Of a stretch of 64,000 nt of DNA, positions 40,803 through 49,964 are shown piece after piece (within the stretch, counting starts at the first letter, position 1; each line of letters opens with the position of its first letter). The notes under the pieces were generated by a model. That model made no database searches. It worked only from the letters and a program-made list of their open reading frames with translations, and was not told the DNA's origin. The stretch covers positions 1,728,001-1,792,000 of the forward strand of contig OZ244065.1 in the NCBI GenBank assembly GCA_965215505.1, in the 5' to 3' direction. This DNA is from Capsulimonadaceae bacterium (GTDB lineage Bacteria > Armatimonadota > Armatimonadia > Armatimonadales > Capsulimonadaceae). A program made the position numbers and the translations under genes.

Positions 40803-41279
40803 TCAGCAGCGTCTTTGCTCTTCGAGCGTTTTGATGTAGTTGATCTGGCCCTCATGGTAGGCCATGTTCCAGTACGAATGCAGCATGTCCTCGGCCACCG
40901 TACTCGTCTCGCCGGGCAGCATGACCTCTAGGGCAAGATCGGCGTCAGGGACAGCGCGGATGGCTTCTACAAGGGCGCGGGTATTTTCCCGGAGACTAGC
41001 GCCCGCCTTGTCCAGAGTGTCCAGGGCGGCATGGGCTAGCCGCCGCTCGTCGCGGCCTGCCTCATCCCAGACGCGCTCGTGGAGCAATCTGACGGACAAC
41101 TCGTTCACGATGGCGCACTCGGCAACCATGTCAATGACGGTGCGCCCCTGGCCCAGAGGTTTCCAGTCTCGCCTGTCCTGGGAGACGGCGCGGGCGGCGG
41201 CCAGCAGGTCATCGGCCTTCTTCTCCGTGACGCGGGCGACATACTCTTGGACCGTCATCTTCTCGCCGCCTGCGCTCAT
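40803..41279 (-). CDS. DinB-like family protein
   Basis: DWKP..RT..MVAEC and YWNMAYHEGQINYI pattern. Confidence 0.75.
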   Translation of the reverse strand: MSAGGEKMTVQEYVARVTEKKADDLLAAARAVSQDRRDWKPLGQGRTVIDMVAECAIVNELSVRLLHERVWDEAGRDERRLAHAALDTLDKAGASLRENTRALVEAIRAVPDADLALEVMLPGETSTVAEDMLHSYWNMAYHEGQINYIKTLEEQRRC

Positions 41280-42664
41280 TTGCGCGCTTCCGCCTGAAGT
41301 CTTGCTGCGGCTTCCGGGTCGCCGATATGGAGTGTGTCATAGGCCTGCTGCGAGGACTGGAACGCGCCCAGCCCGGCGTGGCCGTGCCAGTCGCCCTGGT
41401 GGTGGATGGGGTTCGGCAGCCCGGTTTCCTCTTCGCGCCGGGCGATCCACGTCTCCATACGGGCGGTCAGCAGGGCGACGACGTCCGGGTGGGCTTCGGC
41501 GACGTTCTCGTTTTCCAGGGGGTCGAGGGCGAGGTTGTACAACTCGACCGGCGGCTTGAAATGGAAGTCAGGTTCTAACGCGAGGATCAGCTTCCACTCC
41601 GGTGTGCGCCAGCCGTGCTTCCGCATCCAGGTACATTCGGTGATGTACATCTCGCTGCGGTGGGAGTGCCGCTCGCCGCGCATCATCGGCACCAGGCTGT
41701 GGCCGTCAAACAAGACGTCCGACTCGATGCCAGCCAGTTCCAGCAGGGTCGGCACCAAGTCTTGATGCTGGTTGAAGCCGCTGACGCGCTTGCCCGCCGC
41801 GACTTTGCCTGGATAGCGGATGACCAGGGGGACGTGGAGGGTCGGGTCGTACAGGCCGTGGTGGTCAAACCAGCACTCGTGATCGTACAGCGTCTCGCCG
41901 TGGTCGGAGTTGAACACTACGATGGTTTCATCCAGAATGCCGCGCGACTCCAGGGCCTGAAAGATGGCCTGGATGCACGAGTCCATGTAGGCGACCGCGC
42001 CGTCGTACTGGGCGATGATGTATTCCTTGTCGGTGACGCCGGGGGGCATCCAACTGGCGAAGAAGTCGCGGAACGGCTTGAAGTCCATGACGGGCTGCAT
42101 GGAGGTATTAGCAGGATCGCGCTCGTCGCCGTGGTAAAACATGCGCTCGAACGGTGCAGGGGGCAGGTAAGGGGCGTGCGGGTCCATGTGGCGCAGGAAC
42201 AGGAAGAAAGGCTTGTCCTGGGCGGCCAGCCGGTCCAGTTCGGGCAGGGCGACCTCGTTCAAGTTCTGCGCCTTGGGGCTGCGGCCCTCGTTCCAGCTCC
42301 CCCAGCCGGGGAAGTCCAGATAGGTGTCGAAGCCGCGCGAGGCCGCATTGCCGGTGAAGCCGACGCAGGAGGTGTCGTAGCCCGCCGCGCGCAGCATCTC
42401 GGGGAGGGTGGTGACTTCCGGGCGCAGCGCCCCCTGGTGACGCAAGGCGACCACCTGTGTGGAGAAGACGTCCATGCCGGTCAGCATCGAGCTATAGGCG
42501 CTTGTCGTCGGGATGTGCGCGCTGTAGGTGTGTTCGAACAGCGTCCCCGACTGCGCGAAGCGGTCAATGTGGGGCGTCGTCAGGCGCGGGTAGCCGTAGC
42601 CGCTCAGGTGGTCGGCACGCAACGAATCTACAGCGATCAGCAGGATGTTAGGGTTTTTGGGCAT
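41276..42664 (-). CDS. Sulfatase-like hydrolase/transferase (alkaline phosphatase superfamily)
   Basis: PNILLIAVDSLRADH, DPHAPY, SDHGE, HVPLVI, ELYNL..DP.E; lacks CxPxR. Confidence 0.88.
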   Translation of the reverse strand: MPKNPNILLIAVDSLRADHLSGYGYPRLTTPHIDRFAQSGTLFEHTYSAHIPTTSAYSSMLTGMDVFSTQVVALRHQGALRPEVTTLPEMLRAAGYDTSCVGFTGNAASRGFDTYLDFPGWGSWNEGRSPKAQNLNEVALPELDRLAAQDKPFFLFLRHMDPHAPYLPPAPFERMFYHGDERDPANTSMQPVMDFKPFRDFFASWMPPGVTDKEYIIAQYDGAVAYMDSCIQAIFQALESRGILDETIVVFNSDHGETLYDHECWFDHHGLYDPTLHVPLVIRYPGKVAAGKRVSGFNQHQDLVPTLLELAGIESDVLFDGHSLVPMMRGERHSHRSEMYITECTWMRKHGWRTPEWKLILALEPDFHFKPPVELYNLALDPLENENVAEAHPDVVALLTARMETWIARREEETGLPNPIHHQGDWHGHAGLGAFQSSQQAYDTLHIGDPEAAARLQAEARK

Positions 42665-42740
42665 GTGGCCCTCCTCAAGAAATCAGACATGTGGCTGGTC
42701 TTCGTCGGGCCAGGGGCGTCGGGCCAGGGCGTCGGGCAGG

Positions 42741-42811
42741 AGGGTAAGGACAAGCCCTACCCCTACGGTGCATCGGAGCATCGGTGTAGGGGCGGGGCTT
42801 GTCCCCGCCCT
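42741..42811. repeat. GTAG-type REP inverted doublet (REPIN-like), family B
   Basis: agggtaaggacaagccctacccctac ... gtaggggcggggcttgtccccgccct. Confidence 0.75.
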
Positions 42812-42853
42812 TCTGCTCGTCCCCGCCCTCTTGCCTTGTTCTTATCCCTTTGC

Positions 42854-43978
42854 CTACCCCTCGATGATCTCTACATTCGCGCGCGGCACCGTGACGACGG
42901 ACCCATCGGCCAGGGTCGCTTCCAGGACGCGCACCGAAGCGCCCGACCCGATGACGGTGAGCTGCGGGGGCAGGCCGGCGACGGTCGCAAGCTTGCCGAA
43001 GTAGGGTTCACGGATGATGCGGATGGGCGTGCCGATGGACAGGTTGCCCTCGTCCTCATTTCGGGCCGCCATGCCGCCGGCGAGTGCGCCGAGGGGGACG
43101 ATGACCTCGGGGCGGATGACGCCCGCCCGGATCTGGGTCGCGCCGTTGATCGAGGCGGACTTGCCTTCCAGGGAGCGCAGCAGCTCGAAGGTGCGCCGGG
43201 CCATGGCGATGGTGCCGAAGCCCTCGGTGATGACCAGGGTGAGCGTGATGTTCTCGTGGCCGGTGATGGCGACGCCGATGTCGTAGCCGAGGAAGGCGAT
43301 GAGGTCTTTGTCAATGATGCCGCCGACGACGATGCCCTTGACGCCGACTTCGGCGGCTTTCCGCAGGGCCGCGCCCGAGATGTTCGCGCCGCCGACGATG
43401 ATCTTGCCAGCTAAAGCAGGCGTGATCTCGGCTTCGGTCAGGTCGCCCTCGGGCGCGGTGGAGACCATCAGGATCTCCCCCACCCGCTCGCCGCCGATGC
43501 CGAAGATGCCCTGGATGAGAGCGCCCTCGGTCTGCACGATGACTCCCTCGCCGGGCATGGTCTCGGCGATGTTCCCGGACAGGTACGCGGTCAGGTTGAT
43601 GGGCAGGGGCGGCTGGCGGACGCCGACGTTGCCGGACACGGCGCTGATGGTTTCGACGCGGCCCGTGACGGGCGACTTGGCCTCGGACTTGAACATGCCG
43701 AAGAAGGCCTTGGTGGCGGCGATCACCTGGCCCTTTTCCACCTCATCGCCTTCCTTGACCAGGAGTGCGCCGGGCAATTCGTCGGCGTCTATCCCGAGCT
43801 GGGCGGCGACCTTGACCGACTGCATCAGGCCCGGCAGGGAGGCGCGGGCCACGACCGTGTCGGGCGTGACGACCTGGCCGGTCTGGACCAGCACGTCGCC
43901 CTTGAGCGGCAGGCGGCGCGTGCGCTGTATGAGTGTGTGGGGGCTGACCTTCAGCCCCGGCGTGTAAGCGGTTCCCAA
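42854..43978 (-). CDS. Conserved hypothetical protein with biotinyl/lipoyl-like hybrid motifs and KOW-like C-terminus
   Basis: TTG start with AGGAG RBS; VKEGDEVEKGQVIA, SPVTGRV, TEGFG, QIRAGVIRPE, VPRANVE. Confidence 0.8.
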   Translation of the reverse strand: MGTAYTPGLKVSPHTLIQRTRRLPLKGDVLVQTGQVVTPDTVVARASLPGLMQSVKVAAQLGIDADELPGALLVKEGDEVEKGQVIAATKAFFGMFKSEAKSPVTGRVETISAVSGNVGVRQPPLPINLTAYLSGNIAETMPGEGVIVQTEGALIQGIFGIGGERVGEILMVSTAPEGDLTEAEITPALAGKIIVGGANISGAALRKAAEVGVKGIVVGGIIDKDLIAFLGYDIGVAITGHENITLTLVITEGFGTIAMARRTFELLRSLEGKSASINGATQIRAGVIRPEVIVPLGALAGGMAARNEDEGNLSIGTPIRIIREPYFGKLATVAGLPPQLTVIGSGASVRVLEATLADGSVVTVPRANVEIIEG

Positions 43979-44027
43979 TCTTGCTCCTAAAGCCGTGTCT
44001 TTGAATGATGCCGTCTGGCGAGTCCGA

Positions 44028-44048
44028 CGAGTGGTTGAAAACCACTTG
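44028..44048. repeat. Single REP-like palindrome, family A
   Basis: cgagtggttgaaaaccacttg, near-identical to the 21474 copy. Confidence 0.7.
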
Positions 44049-44072
44049 CCAGAGGCCGTGCGACGCCAGTGC

Positions 44073-44594
44073 TTAATGTCCTTGTCCGTTCTGAATACGG
44101 AATTTCTCGATCACCTGATGGGCGGTGGCGACATCCTGCCAGCCCAGCACGGTGGTTTCCTTGTCTTCCAGGTCTTTGTAGATGTCGAAGAAGTGGACGA
44201 TCTCTTTGAGGATGTGGGCGGGCAGGTCCGACAGGTGTTCGATTCCCTCGAAGCGCGGGTCGGCGGCGGCGACCGACAGGATCTTCTCGTCCGGCCCCTT
44301 CTCGTCGCGCATCATCAGGACGCCGAGGGGGCGGGCGGCGATCAGGCAACCGGGGAAAGTCGGCTGGGTCGTGATGACGAGGATGTCCAGCGGGTCGCCG
44401 TCTTCAGCCAGGGTGTCGCAGATCCAGCCGTAGTCGAACGGGTAGAACAGCGGCGAATACAGAGTCCGGTCCAGCTTGAAGACGCCGAGTTCGTGGTCGA
44501 ATTCATATTTGTTGGAAGACCCCTGCGGGATCTCGACGATCATGTTGACGATGACCGGTGCCTGGTCGCCCAGCGGCAAGTCTAGATAGGACAT
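44073..44594 (-). CDS. ppa: Inorganic pyrophosphatase (family I)
   Basis: EIPQGS.NKYE, LDR, YP.DYG, DGDPLD, DEKI, FF..YK.LE. Confidence 0.95.
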   Translation of the reverse strand: MSYLDLPLGDQAPVIVNMIVEIPQGSSNKYEFDHELGVFKLDRTLYSPLFYPFDYGWICDTLAEDGDPLDILVITTQPTFPGCLIAARPLGVLMMRDEKGPDEKILSVAAADPRFEGIEHLSDLPAHILKEIVHFFDIYKDLEDKETTVLGWQDVATAHQVIEKFRIQNGQGH

Positions 44595-44743
44595 GGGCGC
44601 TCGTTTGACACGGCAGGCGGGAATTCCTTCTTGTGGACGAAGTGCACAGGGGTGGGCCGTTTTCGGCAGGAAATCTTATCCTACATTTTAAGGAGGCGAG
44701 TGGCTTTGCTGAGAGATAAACGATATTGTTAGCAGTTGAAGTG

Positions 44744-44769
44744 GTTTTGTTTGGGGAAGGACAGGGTAA
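44744..44769 (+). promoter_or_regulatory. Possible SigB/SigF-type stress promoter
   Basis: GTTTTG-14 bp-GGGTAA, ~150 nt upstream of 44917. Confidence 0.4.
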
Positions 44770-44916
44770 ATTGCCTGCGCGCGTGGGTGTATCCCTGTGG
44801 GCGCGGGAAGGACACGGATAATGGCTGGGGGTTTACGGCAGTGCCCGAGACGCTTCTAAAATTCGCGCGAGCGTGCCGGAACCCCACGACGGCAACGTGA
44901 GGCTTATAGGAAAATC

Positions 44917-46164
44917 ATGCTACACATGCACTTTGGGACTGGAAGGCTCGGCCTTGGACTCGTGGTTCCGTTTTTCCAGAAGCCGGGGTCGGAGGTCCAT
45001 CTTCTGAATCGCGCACAATCGAAGAGCAAGGACACGGGGAGTACGGCGCTGGACCCGCAGCGCAGGAACGAACTCCTTTCAAACAATCCCGAAAAACTGT
45101 ACGCCGTTTTGCCGGCGGGGGCCGGCGGCGAGGTGCGGGAAACCGTCCACTATGATGGGTTCCACACCTACGAGGCCCACACGGTCGGGGAGATCACCCG
45201 AGAGATCCTTGCGGCCTCGGCGGGCAAAGCCGAGGGGGTCGTGGTGACGGCCTCCGTCCTGGCGTTGGAGAACTATGCGCCGGTCGTGGAGGCGCTGAAC
45301 GTGCTGTCCACAGTGAAGGACGAGGGCGGGCCTCTGGGCGACATCTATCTGATCGCCTGCGAGAACACGGTGGACGCGCGTGAAGTCTTTGGCGACGCTT
45401 CCCTCTGCGGGCAGGTGTCGCCGTCCACGCACCGACACGTCAAGTGCGTCCACGCGCTCGTGGACAGGATGTGCGTGGAGGTGGCGGAGTATCCGGGAGG
45501 GACGCCCCCGGTGAACGAGCCGACCGTGGCGGTGCAGGCGGAGGAGTACGGGCTGCTGAAGCTGGCGCTGGAGCCGGAAACCGAAGGCCTGGCGGAACTG
45601 CTCCGGGGCAGCCGGGTGGAATTCAGCAGGCACCTGGATGTCGAGAAAGAGATCAAGGGCTGGCTGCTGAACGGGTCGCACTGGCTGATCGCCCTGAGCG
45701 CGTTCCATGAGACGGGCGGCAAAACCGATTTGAAGCTGAACGAGTGGATCAACGAGAACGAGGACCACCACGTCCTGGCCGCCGAGATCCTGATCGAGAT
45801 GCGCGACGGCGTCGAGATACTTCTGCGATCGGAGCCAAAGTATCGCGGCTTCGTGGAGGACGTGAACGTCACTGAGTACCTGGACAACGCTACGGGTGCC
45901 ATCTTGGAACGGTTCCGGTCCAACGAGGATACGATGACACGCATCCTGGCCCGGTTCCGGACGCCCACGCCGGAAGAGGTCAGCACGGTCCAGAATTTCA
46001 CCAGCCGTCTCCTGGGCCGGGTGGACCCGCCGATGGAGGCGTACCAGCGCGAGCGGGGGATACCGCCGATGGCGGCCACGAGGAGCCTTTTCAACTTGTT
46101 CCGGCTTCAGGCTGCGGGGACTTATGTGGATACGGAACAGTCCCAGGAAGAGGGACCCGCATGA
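44917..46164 (+). CDS. Mannitol-1-phosphate 5-dehydrogenase-like long-chain polyol dehydrogenase
   Basis: HFGTGRLGLG Rossmann, IACEN, VDRM, K.WLLNGSH catalytic motif; divergent from canonical MtlD. Confidence 0.7.
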   Translation: MLHMHFGTGRLGLGLVVPFFQKPGSEVHLLNRAQSKSKDTGSTALDPQRRNELLSNNPEKLYAVLPAGAGGEVRETVHYDGFHTYEAHTVGEITREILAASAGKAEGVVVTASVLALENYAPVVEALNVLSTVKDEGGPLGDIYLIACENTVDAREVFGDASLCGQVSPSTHRHVKCVHALVDRMCVEVAEYPGGTPPVNEPTVAVQAEEYGLLKLALEPETEGLAELLRGSRVEFSRHLDVEKEIKGWLLNGSHWLIALSAFHETGGKTDLKLNEWINENEDHHVLAAEILIEMRDGVEILLRSEPKYRGFVEDVNVTEYLDNATGAILERFRSNEDTMTRILARFRTPTPEEVSTVQNFTSRLLGRVDPPMEAYQRERGIPPMAATRSLFNLFRLQAAGTYVDTEQSQEEGPA

Positions 46165-47648
46165 GCAGCGCCCAGGAGACGAGTCGCCGCACGACGCCAC
46201 GGGATGAGGGAAGCGGCAAGCAGAACGGAGACAGCAAGCAGAACGGGGACGGCGGCAAAGAGCAAAAAGACGGCGGGAAGAAAGTCCCAGGCTTCCTAAT
46301 CTTCGTCACCGCGACCACGGCGATCGCCGGCTTCCTTTACGGGTACGACACCGGCATCATCTCCGGGGCGCTGCTCCAGATCGGCAGCCAGTTCCACCTC
46401 CAGCACACGATGCAGGAGATCGTCGCCTCGTCGATCCTGGTGGGCGCGATCATCGGCGCGCTGACCTGCGGCTGGGCGTTCGAGCGGTTCGGGCGCAAGC
46501 GGATGATCCTGATCCTGGCGGGCGTCTACATCACCGGGGCGCTCCTTTCCAGCATCGCGCCGAACCCCGCCCTGCTGATTCTGGCGCGGATCATCCTCGG
46601 GTTCGCCGTGGGCGGCTCGTCCCAGACCATTCCCGTATATGTGGCCGAGGTCGCGCCTGCGGCGGGTCGCGGGCATTTCGTGACGTCGTTCAATGTCGCG
46701 ATCGGCCTGGGCATCGTCACGGCGAACCTCGTGAACTCGACTCTGCATCAGGTGTCGTGGCGCTGGACCATTGCCGCAGCATCCGTGCCGGCCGCCATTT
46801 TCCTCGCCTGCGCGCTGCGGCTGCCGGAAAGCCCGCGCTGGCTGGTGCATCAGGACAAGACGGAGGAAGCGCGGGACGTTCTCGCCAGGGTCCGCCCCGA
46901 AGGCACGGACCTGGACGGCGAGATCGGCGAGATCGAGGACATCAGCAAAAAAGAAGACGAAGCGCCGGTGAAGGGCTGGAAGGGTCTGGCGCAGCCCTGG
47001 GTCCGGCCGGCGACCGTGGCGGCACTGGGCATCGCCGCGTTCACGCAGCTTACGGGCATCGAGATGATGGTCTACTACACGCCCACCCTCCTGACGGGCA
47101 TCGGGTACACGCACCAGCAGGCACTGGAGTCCAGCCTCGGGCTGGCGGTCGTGTACGCCGTCATGACGGCGACGGGCCTGCTCATCGTGGACCGCGTCGG
47201 CCGCCGCCGCCTGACTCTGACCATGCTGCCGGGGGCGGCCCTGGCCCTGCTCCTGCTGGGGGCGGCGCTCTTCTTCAAGGTCGCCGACAAGAGACACGCG
47301 TGGATCGTCGTGGCGCTCCTGCTGACCTACATGCTGTTCAACGCCGGGGGCATTCAGGTGGTGGGCTGGCTGTCGGGTTCCGAGATGTACCCCTTCGCCG
47401 TCCGGGGGGCGGGCACGAGCGCGCAGGCCGCCATGGTCTGGGGGGCGGACCTGCTGGTCACGGCCACCGCGCTGACGCTGATCAGTCTTCTCACGACCGG
47501 CGGCACCCTGTGGGTCTATGCGGGGATGAATGTCCTCGCGTTCTTTTTCGCCAAGCGCTTCTTCCCGGAGGTCGGGGGCAAGAGCCTGGAAGAAGTCGAG
47601 ACCATGCTCCATGAGGAGCGCTTCGCACCGTCCCAACAGAAAGCTTGA
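46161..47648 (+). CDS. Sugar porter family MFS transporter
   Basis: GYDTGIISGA, RFGRK, PESPRWL, QLTGI, DRVGRR, SEMYP..RG, PE..GKSLEE. Confidence 0.93.
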   Translation: MSSAQETSRRTTPRDEGSGKQNGDSKQNGDGGKEQKDGGKKVPGFLIFVTATTAIAGFLYGYDTGIISGALLQIGSQFHLQHTMQEIVASSILVGAIIGALTCGWAFERFGRKRMILILAGVYITGALLSSIAPNPALLILARIILGFAVGGSSQTIPVYVAEVAPAAGRGHFVTSFNVAIGLGIVTANLVNSTLHQVSWRWTIAAASVPAAIFLACALRLPESPRWLVHQDKTEEARDVLARVRPEGTDLDGEIGEIEDISKKEDEAPVKGWKGLAQPWVRPATVAALGIAAFTQLTGIEMMVYYTPTLLTGIGYTHQQALESSLGLAVVYAVMTATGLLIVDRVGRRRLTLTMLPGAALALLLLGAALFFKVADKRHAWIVVALLLTYMLFNAGGIQVVGWLSGSEMYPFAVRGAGTSAQAAMVWGADLLVTATALTLISLLTTGGTLWVYAGMNVLAFFFAKRFFPEVGGKSLEEVETMLHEERFAPSQQKA

Positions 47649-47664
47649 AGAGGAGTCCGCGCGC

Positions 47665-48327
47665 ATGGCGAGTGATGTACTGATTTTCGACTGCGACGGG
47701 GTGCTGATCGACAGCGAGATTCTGATCTGCCGACTGGCCGCCGAGGAGATGACGAAGCTCGGGTTCGCGTACTCGACCGAGGACATGATCCGCCGGTTCG
47801 CCGGGCGGCCGGAGGCGGACATGCGGGCTGAAATTCACCGCGATTGGGGGCGGCCCGTCCCGGCGGAGTACAGCGAGATCATCAACGCGCGGACCGTGGA
47901 GTCCTACGCGACGGAACTGAAAATCATGCCGGGAACTAAGGAGGCGCTGGAAGAGATCAGGATGCCGGTCTGCGTCGCTTCGAGCAGCTACCCCTCCAAG
48001 CTGCGCCTGGGGCTGGAGACGGTGGGGCTGTATGACCGGTTCGCCCCGAACATCATCAGCGGAACCCTGGTGGCGCACGGCAAGCCGGCACCGGACGTGT
48101 TCCTCTTCACCGCCGGATGGATGAAGGTGAGTCCCATGAAATGCGTCGTGGTGGAGGACAGCGTGGCCGGGGTCGGCGCGGCGGTGAGCGCGGGGATGCG
48201 CGTGTTCGGGTTCACCGGCGGTACGCACTGCGGGCCGGGGCACGGCGAGCGGCTGCGCGAGGCGGGGGCGGAGGTGGTGTTCGGCGACATGCGGGAACTG
48301 CCGGGACTCATCCAGGGTCCCGCCTGA
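47665..48327 (+). CDS. HAD superfamily phosphatase (subfamily IA)
   Basis: FDCDGVLIDSE, ASSS, KPAPD, VEDS..G; ATG 47665 after AGGAG. Confidence 0.9.
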   Translation: MASDVLIFDCDGVLIDSEILICRLAAEEMTKLGFAYSTEDMIRRFAGRPEADMRAEIHRDWGRPVPAEYSEIINARTVESYATELKIMPGTKEALEEIRMPVCVASSSYPSKLRLGLETVGLYDRFAPNIISGTLVAHGKPAPDVFLFTAGWMKVSPMKCVVVEDSVAGVGAAVSAGMRVFGFTGGTHCGPGHGERLREAGAEVVFGDMRELPGLIQGPA

Positions 48328-48420
48328 CCGGCACGGGTTGCTATCGGCCGCCCCTTTGCGTCACAATGGGGACAGGAAGGGGCGGCCTTTCGCCGCGACC
48401 GGCGCCGCCGCATACATCTC

Positions 48421-49893
48421 ATGGCAAAACTGACGGAGACGACACTCGGCGGGCTGGATCAGCGGGTCGCCGTGCCGACTTACGCGCGCGGGGGCCTGTC
48501 CCCCGGCATCGTCCACATCGGCGTGGGGGGCTTCCACCGCGCCCACCAGGCCGTGTACCTCGACGACCTTTTGCAGCGCGGGGCGCGCGAGTGGAGCATC
48601 TGCGGCGTCGGCCTGCTGCCGCACGACCACCTCATGCGCGACGCCCTAGTCCCCCAGGACTGCCTTTACACGGTGGTCGAGCGCAGCGCGGCGGGCAACC
48701 AGGCCCGCGTGGTCGGCTCGATGGCGCGGTTCCTGCTGGCCCCGGACGACCCGCAGGCGGTGCTGAACGCCCTGGCCGCGCCCGAAACGCGCGTCGTCAC
48801 GCTGACGATCACCGAGGGCGGCTACAACTACAACCAGGCCACCGGCGAGTTCAACGCCCACCATGCCGACATCCTCCGCGACCTGGCCCACCAGCACGAG
48901 CCGGTGACGGTGTTCGGCTACCTGGCGGAAGCGATGGACCGGCGGCGGCGTTCCGGCGGGGCACCTTTCACGGTACTCTCGTGCGACAACCTCACCCACA
49001 ACGGGGATACGGCCCGCCTGGCCGTGCTGTCCTTCGCGGCCCTGCGGGACTCCGCTCTGGTCCCCTGGATCGAGCGCAACGTCTCCTTCCCGAACAGCAT
49101 GGTGGACCGGATCACGCCGCAGACGACGGACGCGGACCGGGCATTGGTGCGGGACGAGTTCGGCATCGCGGACGCCTGGCCGGTCGTCTGCGAGCCGTTC
49201 CGCCAGTGGATCATCGAGGACGTTTTCTGTAACGGGCGTCCCCCCCTGGAAGACGTCGGGGCGCAGTTCACGTCGGACGTCCACCCGTATGAGATGATGA
49301 AGATCTTCCTGCTGAACGCCAGCCACTCGGCCATGGGCTACCTGGGGGCCTTGGCGGGCTACCCTTACATCGCCGACGTCATGGCCGACCCGCTCTTCCG
49401 GACGTACATCGCGGCCCTGATGGACACGGAAGTCACCCCCCTCCTCGCGCCCGTCCCTGGGATTGACCTGACGGCCTACAAGCGAACGCTGATCGAGAGG
49501 TTCGCCAACCCCACGATCCGGGACCAGGTCTCGCGCATCTGCCTGGACGGGTCGGCGAAAGTGCCCCGGTTCGTTCTGCCCTCGCTTCGGGAGCAGCTCG
49601 CGCGCGGCGGCCCGACCCGCCTCCTGACGCTGGCCGTGGCCGGGTGGTTCCGCTACCTGCGCGGGGCCGACGACGAGGGCCGGGCGATCACCATCGCTGA
49701 CCCCCTCGCGGCCACGCTCCAGGAGCGGGCGGTGCGCGGCGGCAGCGACCCCCGCCCCTTGCTGGGCCTGCACGACCTGTTCGGCGACCTCGGCCAGTCG
49801 GAAAGGTTCGTGGCGGACCTGACTGCGGCCCTGGCCCGTCTGGAGCGGGACGGCGCGTGCCGGGCGCTGTCGGACGCCCTCAACCCGGCCTGA
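48421..49893 (+). CDS. Mannitol 2-dehydrogenase family protein
   Basis: [52 protein letters not shown]. Confidence 0.92.
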   Translation: MAKLTETTLGGLDQRVAVPTYARGGLSPGIVHIGVGGFHRAHQAVYLDDLLQRGAREWSICGVGLLPHDHLMRDALVPQDCLYTVVERSAAGNQARVVGSMARFLLAPDDPQAVLNALAAPETRVVTLTITEGGYNYNQATGEFNAHHADILRDLAHQHEPVTVFGYLAEAMDRRRRSGGAPFTVLSCDNLTHNGDTARLAVLSFAALRDSALVPWIERNVSFPNSMVDRITPQTTDADRALVRDEFGIADAWPVVCEPFRQWIIEDVFCNGRPPLEDVGAQFTSDVHPYEMMKIFLLNASHSAMGYLGALAGYPYIADVMADPLFRTYIAALMDTEVTPLLAPVPGIDLTAYKRTLIERFANPTIRDQVSRICLDGSAKVPRFVLPSLREQLARGGPTRLLTLAVAGWFRYLRGADDEGRAITIADPLAATLQERAVRGGSDPRPLLGLHDLFGDLGQSERFVADLTAALARLERDGACRALSDALNPA

Positions 49894-49964
49894 CGCGGCG
49901 CGCGTTGCCGGCGGGAACGGCGGGCGCGGGTGTGATGGCCGCCGAGTGGGTACAATCCCGAACA

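Noticed and set aside
46216..46256. 18-bp imperfect duplication (KQNGD twice) in the MFS N-terminus
   Set aside because: Trivial low-complexity tail variation.
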